A stretch of DNA of 63,045 nucleotides, the filler included, from Octopus bimaculoides (Eukaryota): NCBI RefSeq assembly GCF_001194135.2. It is 3 parts of 2 records of this genome, joined end to end, with 100 filler letters (N's around TTAATTAATTAA, not from the genome) between each part and the next. Parts side by side here need not be neighbours in the genome. Positions count along the whole stretch, not along the records: positions 1 to 15,335 come from NC_068987.1; positions 15,436 to 36,172 come from NC_068987.1; 1 more part is not named here. The stretch is one strand, 5' to 3'. Position 1 is the first letter of the stretch; the number at the start of each line of letters is the position of its first letter. This document shows positions 12,284 through 23,900 of this stretch, piece by piece. The notes under the pieces were generated by a model that searched no databases, was not told the DNA's origin, and saw nothing but the letters and a program-made list of their open reading frames with translations. A program made the position numbers and the translations under genes.

Positions 12284-13034
12284 AACTTTGATGTAAGAAA
12301 TACCAACACAGAAATAAATTCGAGGCTGGCGAGAGGGGAAGTTAGCAAGTGTAGCAGCAGCAGCAGAAACAGTTAACCTGCTTTTTTTTTTTTAGCTGTC
12401 AGCCACAACCAAACATCACAGACTGATGAATCACTGAATGTTGTACATATCATCACTGACATCACTAAACACTGAAAAATATTCTCAATCCAGTAACAAT
12501 ATTCTGTAATTTATCAGTATTCCATCAATTAAAATATCGTAATAGCGACAATTGATACTTAAAATAGCATCGTCTCACTTCAATAAAGGGAAAGATTAAA
12601 AAAACGGGAACCTTGCAATGAAGAATTCAGTTTTAGTGTATATTTTAAATCGAATAATTGTTGCTAACATTTATATATGTGTGCATGTATATATATATAG
12701 ATATGTGTGCGTGTATGTGTATATATATATATACACCATACACTACCTTCCCGGGATACAGGGAAAATGGCTTTGGGAGTTAGAGGCTACAAAACAGTGA
12801 AATCAGCAGCAGCTTCACGCTTGCTCCACTCTTACTCCTCCTCTCTTCACCTCCAACTCTAGCTGACACCCTGATGAAATTTCAGCCAATGAAATATCGA
12901 GTTATATACATTATCCAATGAAATCGATTGTTTGCGGAAAACCGCAATATTTAAAAAATAATCTTGATATAGGATTAAACAAGTTTGAACTTGCTTCAAT
13001 TTGATGTGATAAAAAAAAGCAACTTAGCAGAATT
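12284..13034. promoter_or_regulatory. Putative bidirectional PINX1/PLK1 promoter with CCAAT boxes (12886, 12915) and CHR-like TTTGAA (12984-12989)
   Basis: Divergent ATGs 752 bp apart; two CCAATGAAAT copies 29 bp apart; TTTGAA 46 nt upstream of the PLK ATG. Confidence 0.6.
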
Positions 13035-13133
13035 ATGGCATCGAAGTCAGCGGTTACCCAAAAAGAAATTCCAAATGTTATTCGCCACGCTGCTATTGGC
13101 AAAAGCTACAATAGAGGCAAATTCCTTGGCAAG
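13035..13133 (+). CDS. PLK1: Polo-like kinase (PLK1-like), first coding exon
   Basis: MASKSAVTQKEIPNVIRHAAIGKSYNRGKFLGK then AAG|gtaagg. Matches PLK1 [24 protein letters not shown]|GGF, stopping inside the kinase Gly-rich loop. Only 33 codons are visible, so paralog assignment is tentative. Confidence 0.78.
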
Positions 13134-14164
13134 GTAAGGAAGAAAAACGGCCCCCAAAAGACCATCAACTATGTCCTGGGTTTTCCGGACGTTGTTTGTC
13201 CGTTAACTACGTACTTCTTAAAAGTGATTCAGTTTGGTCATTTACTGTTTTCAATTGAATAATACCAATTTTCTTCGTGATATAGTATTCTAGATATGTA
13301 ATCTATAGTATATATTCTTATTAGGAGGTAGTTTGCAGTTAATGCTTCTTTGGAGAGGCATGAATATCCCCGCACTATCATTCTGAAATATTTAAATTTT
13401 TTGTCATTCCCGTCACAAATATACAAAGGATTTAATTATTTTGTTTTTCCTTCGCTTTTTAAAGTTTTAAGAATTATTTTGATTTTTTTTTTAATGACAA
13501 TGTTTGTGTCGTTATCCCCTATTAACGCTCTTCCATGTCTAATTCTATTTAATTATAATCGAAACGGCGAACGTGCGTGAAACTTTTTAAATCTTTAAAT
13601 GGAAGGGGGAAAATGAACAGGAACCTTGCGATACATCAATTATTTCAACTGACATAACGTGCGTGTGTAAACAAGAACACACAGTTATGCATTAATTGAC
13701 TTCTTTTTTTTTTTTATCAAATTCTGAATCGTTTATTTGTAAAATATTTTTGTTAAAATCTGTAAAGTGAAAATGTTTACATAGAGTAAAAAATGTGTGG
13801 TACAGGACAAGAAAATCGTAAATAAGTTGATCAGCTAAATCTTTGATGGCCATTTTACGTACTTACATCGAACGATCTTCTTTTGCACACAACCACACAC
13901 ATATATATTACACATATACATCAGTACCTCTCCCGCCAGTCACCCACAAGTTATTGGCAACTTTCAAACACCAACGGACAAATCTCCTCAATAACACCTC
14001 TGTACTCCTAACAATTCGGCTTCAAAAATCAGTTTGTATCTCTAATACTTCAATGTAGCGAATTTTTTTTCTGTTTATGTTCTATCCTATTGCATGATCG
14101 CTTTTTGTTTTTAATTGTTTTAAAATTCAGTTGTCTTTATACACTATATATATATATATATATA

Positions 14165-14237
14165 TATTAATATTTAGCAGAAGTAATAGTGACTCATGGT
14201 CCGAGAGTTTTGTGTGTACTTCTGCTAAATATTAATA
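14165..14237. repeat. Perfect 21-bp inverted repeat with 31-nt loop
   Basis: TATTAATATTTAGCAGAAGTA (14165-14185) and TACTTCTGCTAAATATTAATA (14217-14237). Confidence 0.9.
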
Positions 14238-15104
14238 AAAATATACATATACTCATATTTTAAGTTCTATTTTTCTTGTTTGCATGAACATACATATTAA
14301 GATATATCCTTACGTGAAGTAGTTTTTTTTTTATTTCACGTTTACTGGGGGTGTTTTTAAAAGTGCCTAAATTTTGAATCGCGTTTGTTTCGTTTATGAC
14401 CTTTTAATTAAACTCATCGTGTGTGTGTGTGTACGCCAGCGATCAACCAACTATTTTCTGAGATTTGAACTTTGTGCGTATAATGTGCGCTTGGCCTCAT
14501 ATCCGACAGGATCTATCACCTGAAAAGACTAATTCAAATCTCGACTTCCATTTAACGGTGTCTTCTGTCATTAACGGACATCATTTCTCTACGCCAGGGA
14601 TGGGGAAAGCCTGCGAGCCCATTTTATTGCGCCCGCAAGTTGATATACTCGTATATACGGTTGGGGTTAGGGACGGAATTCCCTAACACCCTAGTGAAAA
14701 TCGTGCGGGTGTTAATCTGAAAATTTACAAATTTTTCAGTTGTGAAATTTGGTAAATTGTTCAGTTTACGCTCGTTGTTGACAATATGGTACTACACCCT
14801 AAAGAGTGTGCACTGTAAAAACATATCGTTACGTAGATGCATCGGTACCTCTGTATTTAAGTAGTGCCGACAATGTTGATAACTTTGATTTTAGTTTCAG
14901 TTGTTTTTGTTTTTTCTCAGTTCTTGTTTATTTCATATCTTTTTTTAAGGTGTACAGATTTATGTGCGAGAAATGCAAACGGATAGTTTATAAGTCGAAT
15001 AAATCATTTTTTCCAAAGCGAAGCTAGAAATCAGTTGTAACTAACATAAAGATGACACAAGAGTGAGTAAAGTATCAAACAACATCCAATACACAATTTA
15101 TACA

Positions 15105-15232
15105 AGCGGTTCGGCCTTAGAAACCGATAAAATAAGTACTAGGCTTACAAAGAATAAGTCCTGGGGGCGATTTGCTCGACTAAAGACGGTGCTCCAGCAT
15201 GGCCACAGTCAAATGACAAACAAGTAAAAGAG
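15105..15232 (+). mobile_element. SINE 3' fragment
   Basis: GCGGTTCGGC...AATAAGTACTAGGCTTACAAAGAATAAGTCCTGGG...GCTCCAGCATGGCCACAGTC; matches 59020-59149. Confidence 0.7.
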
Positions 15233-15335
15233 TACTCGTATGTCAATTTGCGACATAGGTCGCAGTTTCACTACGACTTATAACGATCAGACACGAACAC
15301 AAATCGTCCGGTAATTGCCATTTGAATGAAAATTT

Positions 15336-15435
15336 NNNNNNNNNNNNNNNNNNNNNNNNNNNNNNNNNNNNNNNNNNNNTTAATTAATTAANNNNNNNNN
15401 NNNNNNNNNNNNNNNNNNNNNNNNNNNNNNNNNNN
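15336..15435. other. 100-bp scaffold spacer gap containing a six-frame stop linker
   Basis: 45 N + TAATTAATTAA + 44 N = 100 bp; same design as 36173-36272. Confidence 0.9.
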
Positions 15436-18348
15436 TTTTTTAGGGGGGGGGGGGTCGATAAAATAAGTACCAGTTGAACCCTCGCTTAGTCTCTCCCCCA
15501 AACCTGCTGGCCTAGTGCCAAAATTTGAAACCAATATTACAACAGTTACAGACAAGGTGTATCGAAGTCGGTAGTGCCGCAGACAAAACACCATGCGGTA
15601 TTAAGTTGTATTTCTATCCACAATCAGTTAAAACACCGGAGTCGACACAAAGTCAAGTAATAGGGTCGATATAATTGGCTAAACCCTTCCCAACAACATG
15701 ACACTGGGCCTATGTTAAAAAGAAAAATCAATATTACCCAAGTATAGAATGACTAGAGAAAATATAATAGACGGGGAGGAGGAGAAAGAGAGAAGAGAGA
15801 TGTAGAGTCAATCAAATAGTATTAAACATCCAGACAAAACAAGAGAGAGAAAAAGTGTATTAGAAATGAGTAAAACGGAGAGAAGAGGTGGCGACGAGGA
15901 TTAAAAATGAAAGAAAGAGAAAGAGAAACGAAATAAAAATGAGGAAAAATTAGGTGAAGGGAATTATAGAATATTGTAAAATAAAGAGGAGAGGATTAGA
16001 GAGAATGTGACATGAAAAAAAAAAGGGGGGAAAGAATTATTTGAAGGGAAAGAGAGAAAAGCGATAGAGATGAAAGATAAAGGAAGGCTTTAGAAAGGGA
16101 AAACACTGCATGTGCAGAGGAAGTTTGTTAGAATAAGCAAATCTAAAATGCTGAGTGTGTCAGTGAAAACAGGCTCTACATTGCAAAACAAGCAGAAGTC
16201 ATGTTCCTTTTAGATATTTATGAAGATAATAATATAGGGAATTATGTCAACGGAGGATACGTGTGTGTGTGTGGCTGAGGGGGGTGACAACAAGACAGCA
16301 TTATATTCCTTTATATTCCACCATCATCCCCTCCACTTTTATTCGGTTTTCTCTCTGACTTGACATCAGCTACCAAGTAATTAGATTCTTCTTTAAAGTT
16401 ACAATGTATATCATTGAATAATAATAATGTATATCATGAAAGTGAATATGGGGTGGGGGGTAAATTTATAAACAGCGTTGTCTTAGCTTTCAAAATACAT
16501 TTATTCTTCTCGTACCATTTTATGGTTCTTTTTGAACTTCCATCATCGTGAAAATAAATCATATTTATTCTTTAATTTAATGAGCAGAATCAGATTTTAC
16601 AGGGCAGAGTTTCAGATGATTTTACAAAATAATCTATGCAGTTCAGTATCTTTATACTTCCAACGTTGAAATCCAATCCCTGTATGGGGTGGGGGAAACG
16701 CTGAAATCCTATCTCCGTGGAGACAAGTTCTTAGTCAATAACAAAATTCAGATACTTGGGGAAGAAGGAGACAAAGAATAATTCATTCGATTATTAACTA
16801 GNNNNNNNNNNNNNNNNNNNNNNNNNNNNNNNNNNNNNNNNNNNNNNNNNNNNNNNNNNNNNNNNNNNNNNNNNNNNNNNNNNNNNNNNNNNNNNNNNNN
16901 NNNNNNNNNNNNNNNNNNNNNNNNNNNNNNNNNNNNNNNNNNNNNNNNNNNNNNNNNNNNNNNNNNNNNNNNNNNNNNNNNNNNNNNNNNNNNNNNNNNN
17001 NNNNNNNNNNNNNNNNNNNNNNNNNNNNNNNNNNNNNNNNNNNNNNNNNNCAAGTAGTACTCTTTCTTCCTCACAGACTTTCATCTTCCCACTTCCAAAA
17101 TGGTCAGCAGTAATTAAAAATAAAATTGAGAAGCAAATGCTTAATTATAATTTTCGAAGAATTATAATTATGAATTTAGTTCTGGACAGAAGAAATATCA
17201 AGAATTTGGGTGGAGATAAACAGATTACCAGTGAATAAAAAAAAATGTTACTCTTCGTAATTGAAGAGATTTAGGTTATTTCTGCCGATTTTTGAGGTTT
17301 GGGTCTTATTATAAAAATGTATAAAACTATCTTTTTCTTGAGATAAAAACCATTAATTATTTAGACACAGGTGCCCTTTATTTAATTATGTATTTGGGGT
17401 GGGTGGACTTTCTTCTGAAACAATGTGCGAAGCTTATCTTGTTATTTCTAAGTTTTCGAAATATGAGTTAAAGATTTTTGGCAAAACAGTAAAGTCATAA
17501 ACTGAAGTGACAATACATAGAGGCGAGGTACTTTCGTACGTCTCTTCAGACCATGGATCTAATACTGGAAAGTTCCCTGATAAGGAGGAAGGAATTATTT
17601 TATGGAAGGCGAACAGTTACCCATGCATGCAAGTTTTCTATTTCCATGCCACCGTTTGACAGTAGTGTTTTCATAACACACACATAATATGCGTGTGTGC
17701 GTGTTTCATGCTTCATTTCGTTACCTTCATATCTCAAACTATTTGGCACAAAATCTATTTGACTCCTCACCTAAACTCATTTCCCAGCCTTCAAATTTTC
17801 ATTTCCACTTTTTAAAAAATGTCTTTTAAACAAACATTCTTCGAATTGATGTTAGTTCACTTCCAGTATAGAATTAATTCAATTTTCGTCCTGGTGTGTC
17901 TACATTACGCCTCTGTATTAGTACCTGTGTGTGTGTGTGTGTGATAGATGAGGCTAATTTTGTACACAGAAAAGCCAAGTGACAAAAATATTTACCAAGA
18001 TTTCTCCAAAGGATAAATTACTGGACTAGTTTAACAAATATGTTTTAAAAGTTATTTCCTAATTTCGTCTAACATATATATTGAGGTGTATTATTTATAA
18101 TCGAGGCAATAGTTATTTATCACTAAGTTAGTAGAGAAGAGCTGGAAAGAGACCTCTTAAACGAAGATAGTTAAAAATGGTCGTGATGTTGGGGGATGAC
18201 TAGAGACAAATAAACAAACAATGATGAACGAAATAGTTCGATCGATGTAGGGTAAACAGATGAATATATCGATAAATGAAAGTATCAATAGACAGATGAT
18301 AAGCAGAAATATATTGAGATTGTTTACATATAATTTACAGCCACTTAC

Positions 18349-18953
18349 TTTCTCTTGCGTTTTGATCCTTCCACTTTATCGAGGGCCTTCTCAACACATT
18401 CGGTTAATTCAGTCCAGTCAGCATGTAGACCACAAATCCATCCAGTGGAATAGCGACTAAATAACCAGTTCTTGTTAGAATGTGTCAAGCAGTTACATCG
18501 TTTTCTCCGGCGGACACACTCACAAGGTCTATCCACGACTAAGTTCCTAATGAGGTGTCGACCGAACGTGGAACCACCAGTTTTCTGTATGTGCAAGAAC
18601 ACAATGACATCTTCCTTTTCCATATCTAACTGGAAATCTCTTTGGAGATCTGAGATGGAGAAGTTATAGGTGTCCAACGGCAAGTGAATAATATCACTCG
18701 TCACATCAACATTACTGACGGTGTTGTTGATAATGTGGTGAAGTAAGGCGACAGGAGGGGAATGCTGTTGTAAGACGAGGGTCTGTGCGCCGAAAAAACG
18801 ACTCGGCGTGAAATTGGACGGTCCTAGGGGACAGAAATAACCAAGAACGATAACGCCAAATAACACCATACATACTGTTAAGAAGAACAACTTCCTGCAC
18901 TTGACCGGTTGATTTGGAATCAGATTCATGTCTCTCGGATGCCGCAGTGGCAT
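18349..18953 (-). CDS. HS6ST: Heparan sulfate 6-O-sulfotransferase, first coding exon
   Basis: First in-frame ATG at 18953; type II TM segment LFFLTVCMVLFGVIVLGYFCP; 5'-PAPS-binding motif VFLHIQKTGGSTFGRHL; WLFSRYSTGWICGLHADWTEL. Phase-2 donor AA|gtaagt at 18349/18348, where vertebrate HS6ST exon 1 ends. Confidence 0.95.
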
Positions 18954-20192
18954 TTTCTTCTGCTTCCTTCCCACTCTTCTTCTTCTTCTTTCTCTTTCTG
19001 TCACAATCTCTCTCCCTTTCGCTCTCTCTCATACACACAACATACACACATGCGATCTTTTACTCTCAATCTCTCCTCTACAAGTCCGAGGAAGAGATGA
19101 GAAGATAAAACATACATACACGCAACACACACACACGGGCACCAAATGAAAACTCGTTCTCAAGTCGTTCGAGGTAATTAGTTTTCCAAAGAATCGTGTG
19201 AAATAAAAACAATCAGGGTTAATTAGGAAGGTTTCACATAGGCAGAAGTCAGAATTAGAACCTGATGTCGAGAAAGCATGAAGCAGTGGTGAACATGAGT
19301 GACAATGACATTACACATCAGCAATCCTCTGGCAGCCGCGATTGTATCTTCCGATGTTTTACTTAATGTTGTTGTGATGCTGATGGAGATGATCTGGAAG
19401 AAGAATTCTTCCCTCACATCGTTTCCTTTCTCCACACTCTCCTTTCTTCTCAATAATCTGAAATACTCCTCCGATTCATTTTCTCCGTTTGCCCAGATAG
19501 AATATTCACAGTTCTCACTAAAGTAAGATCGCCTCTTCATTCACCGACCTTCTTCTCCTGCCAGACACTTTTACCATGACAAGAAGTACTCAGGCTACAC
19601 AAGAAACACATGAGTATTTCGTCATCAGTTTCTGCGTACATAAGTACACTACACTTTACGCACCACACCAACACTGACGCTTTCATTCATTTAATCCGCT
19701 CTCTATACCTCTCCCTGCTACTCCCCTCACGCCTTTTCATTACGTCCCTCTCGGTTATTTATATCTCTCTTTCTCTCTCTCTATCTCTCCCTCTCGGTTA
19801 TTTATATCTCTCTTTCTCTCTCTCTATCTCTCCCCCTCTGCCTCTTTTCCTTACAATATAATTTTTTCGGTTTTCCTGTATCTCTCTACTTTCAACCCAA
19901 TTACGATATTATAGCTGCTTCCTCTCTCTCTCTCTGCGAACATATATATATATTTATACACACACACGCACACATATACGTATACACACGCGCATATGTA
20001 TGTATATAATGTACATTTATATATATATACATATATATATATTTAGATATATATGTATATAATGTACATTTATATATATATGTATATATATATACACACA
20101 CATATATATGTATACATATACACACACGTGTATGATGTGTCTGTGTGTGTGTGTTTGTATGTGTGCGTGTGTGTGTGTATGTGTGTGTGTGT

Positions 20193-20608
20193 AGGCGCAG
20201 GCGTGGCTGTATGGAAACGTTAAAGAATAAAGAAATAAGAAGCTTGCTTCCAAACCACATGGATCCGGGTTCAATCCCACTGCGTGTAATCTTGGGTGTC
20301 TTCTACTATAGCTTCGTGCCGACCAAAGCTTTGTTAATAGATTTGGTAGGCGGAAACTGAAAGAAGCCTATCCTGTATGCATGTGTGTTTGTGTGTGCGT
20401 GCGTGCGTGCGTGCGTGTGTGTATGTGTGTGTGTATCTATATGCATGTGTCTTTATGTCAGTGTTTGTCCCCCACCATCACCACCATGGCAAAAGAGATC
20501 GATAGAATAAGTATTAAGGCTTACTGCAGCCGATTTGTTCGACTAGAAACCTCCATGACGGTGCCCCAGCATAGCCGCAGTCAAACGACTGAAACAAGTA
20601 AAAAAAAA
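20193..20608 (+). mobile_element. tRNA-derived SINE, full length
   Basis: AGGCGCAGGCGTGGCTG head, GGTTCAATCCC B-box-like motif, (GT/GC)n core, GACTGAAACAAGTAAAA tail. Confidence 0.8.
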
Positions 20609-21259
20609 GGGGATTCCGCCAATCCAAGAAAAAGGTGCCCGGTGCCTAAGGAAAAATTATCTTACCCATAAGGATATTAGCAATGCCGAAGACACTGAGA
20701 CCCAACTAGACAACTGGCGCTCAGCCAGTTATTTAGTTGGGTTCGAGAATTCGTGCAAAGGTGGCCAGGCGTCCACCCAGATTTCAGTTCAGTCAATTTG
20801 AGCAGCAAAAGTTCAAGGCTTTGCCTACCAATTTCATCGGTGGAGGAAGTATTCAAAGCCACAGAGAAAGTGTAATCAGCACATGGCTTTTAACTGCATG
20901 TAACATGTAGTTACAGTAATAACTCACTTTATGAGAACCCGTTTTACGAGACCCCGCGTTCTTCCGCTTTCACAATTTGCGAAGTAAGTACACTGACGTC
21001 ACTCAACAGTTTTTCAGTACTCAATGCATGTTTTTTTTCTTTGTTGTACTTGTATTGCCCCCCACTCTCTCTCTGTTTATGTAAATTTTCTTTTTGCTAT
21101 TTCCCTGTTGAAAAAATGTCCATGTAAGAAAGTTCCTAGAAAATGCCAAGTTCCGCAGTTCTTTTTCCTTTGTGGGGAACTATAAAAAGAGAACATTGTT
21201 TTGTGCATGTTCTGTATTAGTGTATTAGTAAGAATATGTGAGAGTGTACTCAGCCGGTC

Positions 21260-23900
21260 AATGTACTGTTTCCTTTAACTGACTAATTCCATCTTTATCA
21301 ATAATATGTCCTAAAAATGTAATACAAGANNNNNNNNNNNNNNNNNNNNNNNNNNNNNNNNNNNNNNNNNNNNNNNNNNNNNNNNNNNNNNNNNNNNNNN
21401 NNNNNNNNNNNNNNNNNNNNNNNNNNNNNNNNNNNNNNNNNNNNNNNNNNNNNNNNNNNNNNNNNNNNNNNNNNNNNNNNNNNNNNNNNNNNNNNNNNNN
21501 NNNNNNNNNNNNNNNNNNNNNNNNNNNNNNNNNNNNNNNNNNNNNNNNNNNNNNNNNNNNNNNNNNNNNNNNNNNNNNNNNNNNNNNNNNNNNNNNNNNN
21601 NNNNNNNNNNNNNNNNNNNNNNNNNNNNNNNNNNNNNNNNNNNNNNNNNNNNNNNNNNNNNNNNNNNNNNNNNNNNNNNNNNNNNNNNNNNNNNNNNNNN
21701 NNNNNNNNNNNNNNNNNNNNNNNNNNNNNNNNNNNNNNNNNNNNNNNNNNNNNNNNNNNNNNNNNNNNNNNNNNNNNNNNNNNNNNNNNNNNNNNNNNNN
21801 NNNNNNNNNNNNNNNNNNNNNNNNNNNNNNNNNNNNNNNNNNNNNNNNNNNNNNNNNNNNNNNNNNNNNNNNNNNNNNNNNNNNNNNNNNNNNNNNNNNN
21901 NNNNNNNNNNNNNNNNNNNNNNNNNNNNNNNNNNNNNNNNNNNNNNNNNNNNNNNNNNNNNNNNNNNNNNNNNNNNNNNNNNNNNNNNNNNNNNNNNNGT
22001 GAGACCAGGACCGGATTAAGACCCATCGAGGCCCTAAGCACTTAAAAGATTTTGGTGTCCCCATAAAAGATTGTGTAATTCAAAATATAAATAATAACAA
22101 ACCATAAAATAAATTTTTGTTTTTCAAAACAAAACAAAACGGTAAAAGGGAAAATAATGTTTATTTTTGTATACTTCCATTTTATTTACGTTTGAAAAGT
22201 TTCCTCCTACTTTTTTGAATTGCAAGGTCTTTGATCAGATCCTCAAAATTCATCTTAGGTAACACATCTGCATCTATACTTAGTAGAGATAAAGGCATCC
22301 CGAATATTATTTTAGCAAGTTTAAAGTGATTTCTTTTGTGCCGTAAACCATTTACCATCTCTGTAGTGCCCCTCTCCTTCCCTTAATGCCCTTAGCAAGT
22401 GTTTATTTTGCTTAGTGGTTAATCCAGCGATGAGTGAGACGCCTAGGTGGTGATGAAACAGGATGTCCTTTAGTGATGATATGATGTGTAGCAGAGTGTA
22501 CCGGACTCTCATTATTAAAAAAGGGACGAATGATGCCTGGAAATTTCTTAAGGGTCGTATAATAGCGAGGGTTCAAAGGAAAGGGGACAGACGATAACAA
22601 CTTTACTGTATATACTCTGCGCACACAATTCCATTTCCGAATCTATCAGTCGCTTGTGTTTCAAATCAACAAGAAAACCAAAGTGATGCAGAAAGTCAGC
22701 ACCGAGAATAGGGTATGAGAGATTGCAATTATAAAGATTCACTTGAACTGACGCCTCGTAATTAGATCTAAAGTCATAAATCTCTCACTGTAAGTGAAAA
22801 TAGGAGAATATTTAACAGCTTGTAATGTAATAGCTGACAGTTCCTATGAATTGCATAAGAATTTCACTGGCCAAATGCTGCAAGCTGCTCTTGAGTCTAC
22901 CAGGAATCGATGCTTTGAAATGGTGTCATACAAAAAAAAAAAAGGTAAAAACGCAACATATCGAAAGACCGCCCAGGGATGCAGTCACACTTAATCCCTG
23001 ACGACGCCGTTTTATTGCAGTTGGGTGGACGACTTGAAAGGAAACAGTTGTATACACTAGTGATTCCAACAAAACAATGTAGGTCTCCTACGAGGACTGA
23101 AAACGCTTACTAGAAGTCCTCCGACTACGAGAATTCGAGAGTGTAAAATATCTGGAAATTTGAAACTGTTCAAGCTTATCTTTTAAAGCCTGAATTCTAT
23201 CGTCTGTTGTCTTATGAAATATCGCCGACTCAGAGGAAACACAAGAGACGAAGGTAGGAGAATAAGCTTCAACATTACTGGTATTTGAAAAGGAAATATC
23301 CAAGATAGCATTTCCCAAGTCGGCCAATTGAACAGTCGAGCTCAGCTTTCTTATAGACGTTAAAATGGCTTGTTGCACATATAATGGGAAGCTCCAGAAA
23401 AAGTGTTGTTGCAGCATTGACTCTTCGAGTGGGTTATCCTCCACAAATTCTCTCATTCGTCTCAATAGTTAAGGAGGCCTCTTATCTCTTAAAAATGTTT
23501 TGTAAAAGAGTGGGTGAAAACGCTTCTGTTTGGACCTAGAAATCCGTCGCAAAATTTCTAGTTTCATACTTTGATAAGATTTGAAGTCGGAATGGTTGCT
23601 AATCAAATCTTTGAATTCGCTGCGTAAGACAGGAGGAAAAACACTGACTAAAAGGTGAAATTGGTGCGTATCTGAATGAATTTTGTTCGCTGCGAAATTG
23701 GCTTCCAGCTGAGAAAAGCAAATGGGAGAGTTTCCAGTATATGGAAGTGAAGCGAAGAACAAGGCAACTTGAAAAGCTAAGCTATCGCTATTTTCAGAAG
23801 AAACGGACGGGCCAGGTGAAGTCGCCATTCTTTTCGAACAGAAATTAGTTGAAACCACGCAAATGAAAGGATATGAAAAAATTAAATACTGGTCGTTATA
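21260..23900 (-). mobile_element. Degenerate Ty3/Gypsy LTR retrotransposon (gag, protease, start and end of RT)
   Basis: 23469..23858 gag-like (FSQLEANFAANKI...YQSMKLEILRR); 22548..22742 PILGADFLHHFGFLVDLKHKRLID; 22412..22624 HHIITKGHPVSSPPRRL; ITFLGHIIDKDGI at ~21280-21328. Confidence 0.8.
22006..22320 (-). mobile_element. hAT transposon 3' end (dimerisation-domain tail plus terminus)
   Basis: Minus frame LSLLSIDADVLPKMNFEDLIKDLAIQKSRRKLFKRK* (stop 22184-22182); terminus CAGGACCGGATT at 22006. Confidence 0.65.

Noticed and set aside
12871-12900. Hammerhead motif CTGATGA...GAAA in the PINX1/PLK1 promoter
   Set aside because: No G10.1-C11.1 stem II or stem I; the GAAA belongs to the CCAATGAAAT repeat.
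18954-19004. N-terminal extension MTERERRRRR of HS6ST from the ORF track
   Set aside because: Starts at GTG in a GA-rich tract with an in-frame TGA at 19031-19029; the first in-frame ATG is 18953.
19223-19540. 105-aa ATG ORF upstream of HS6ST on the minus strand
   Set aside because: No recognisable domain and no convincing splice donor; could be leader or intron sequence.
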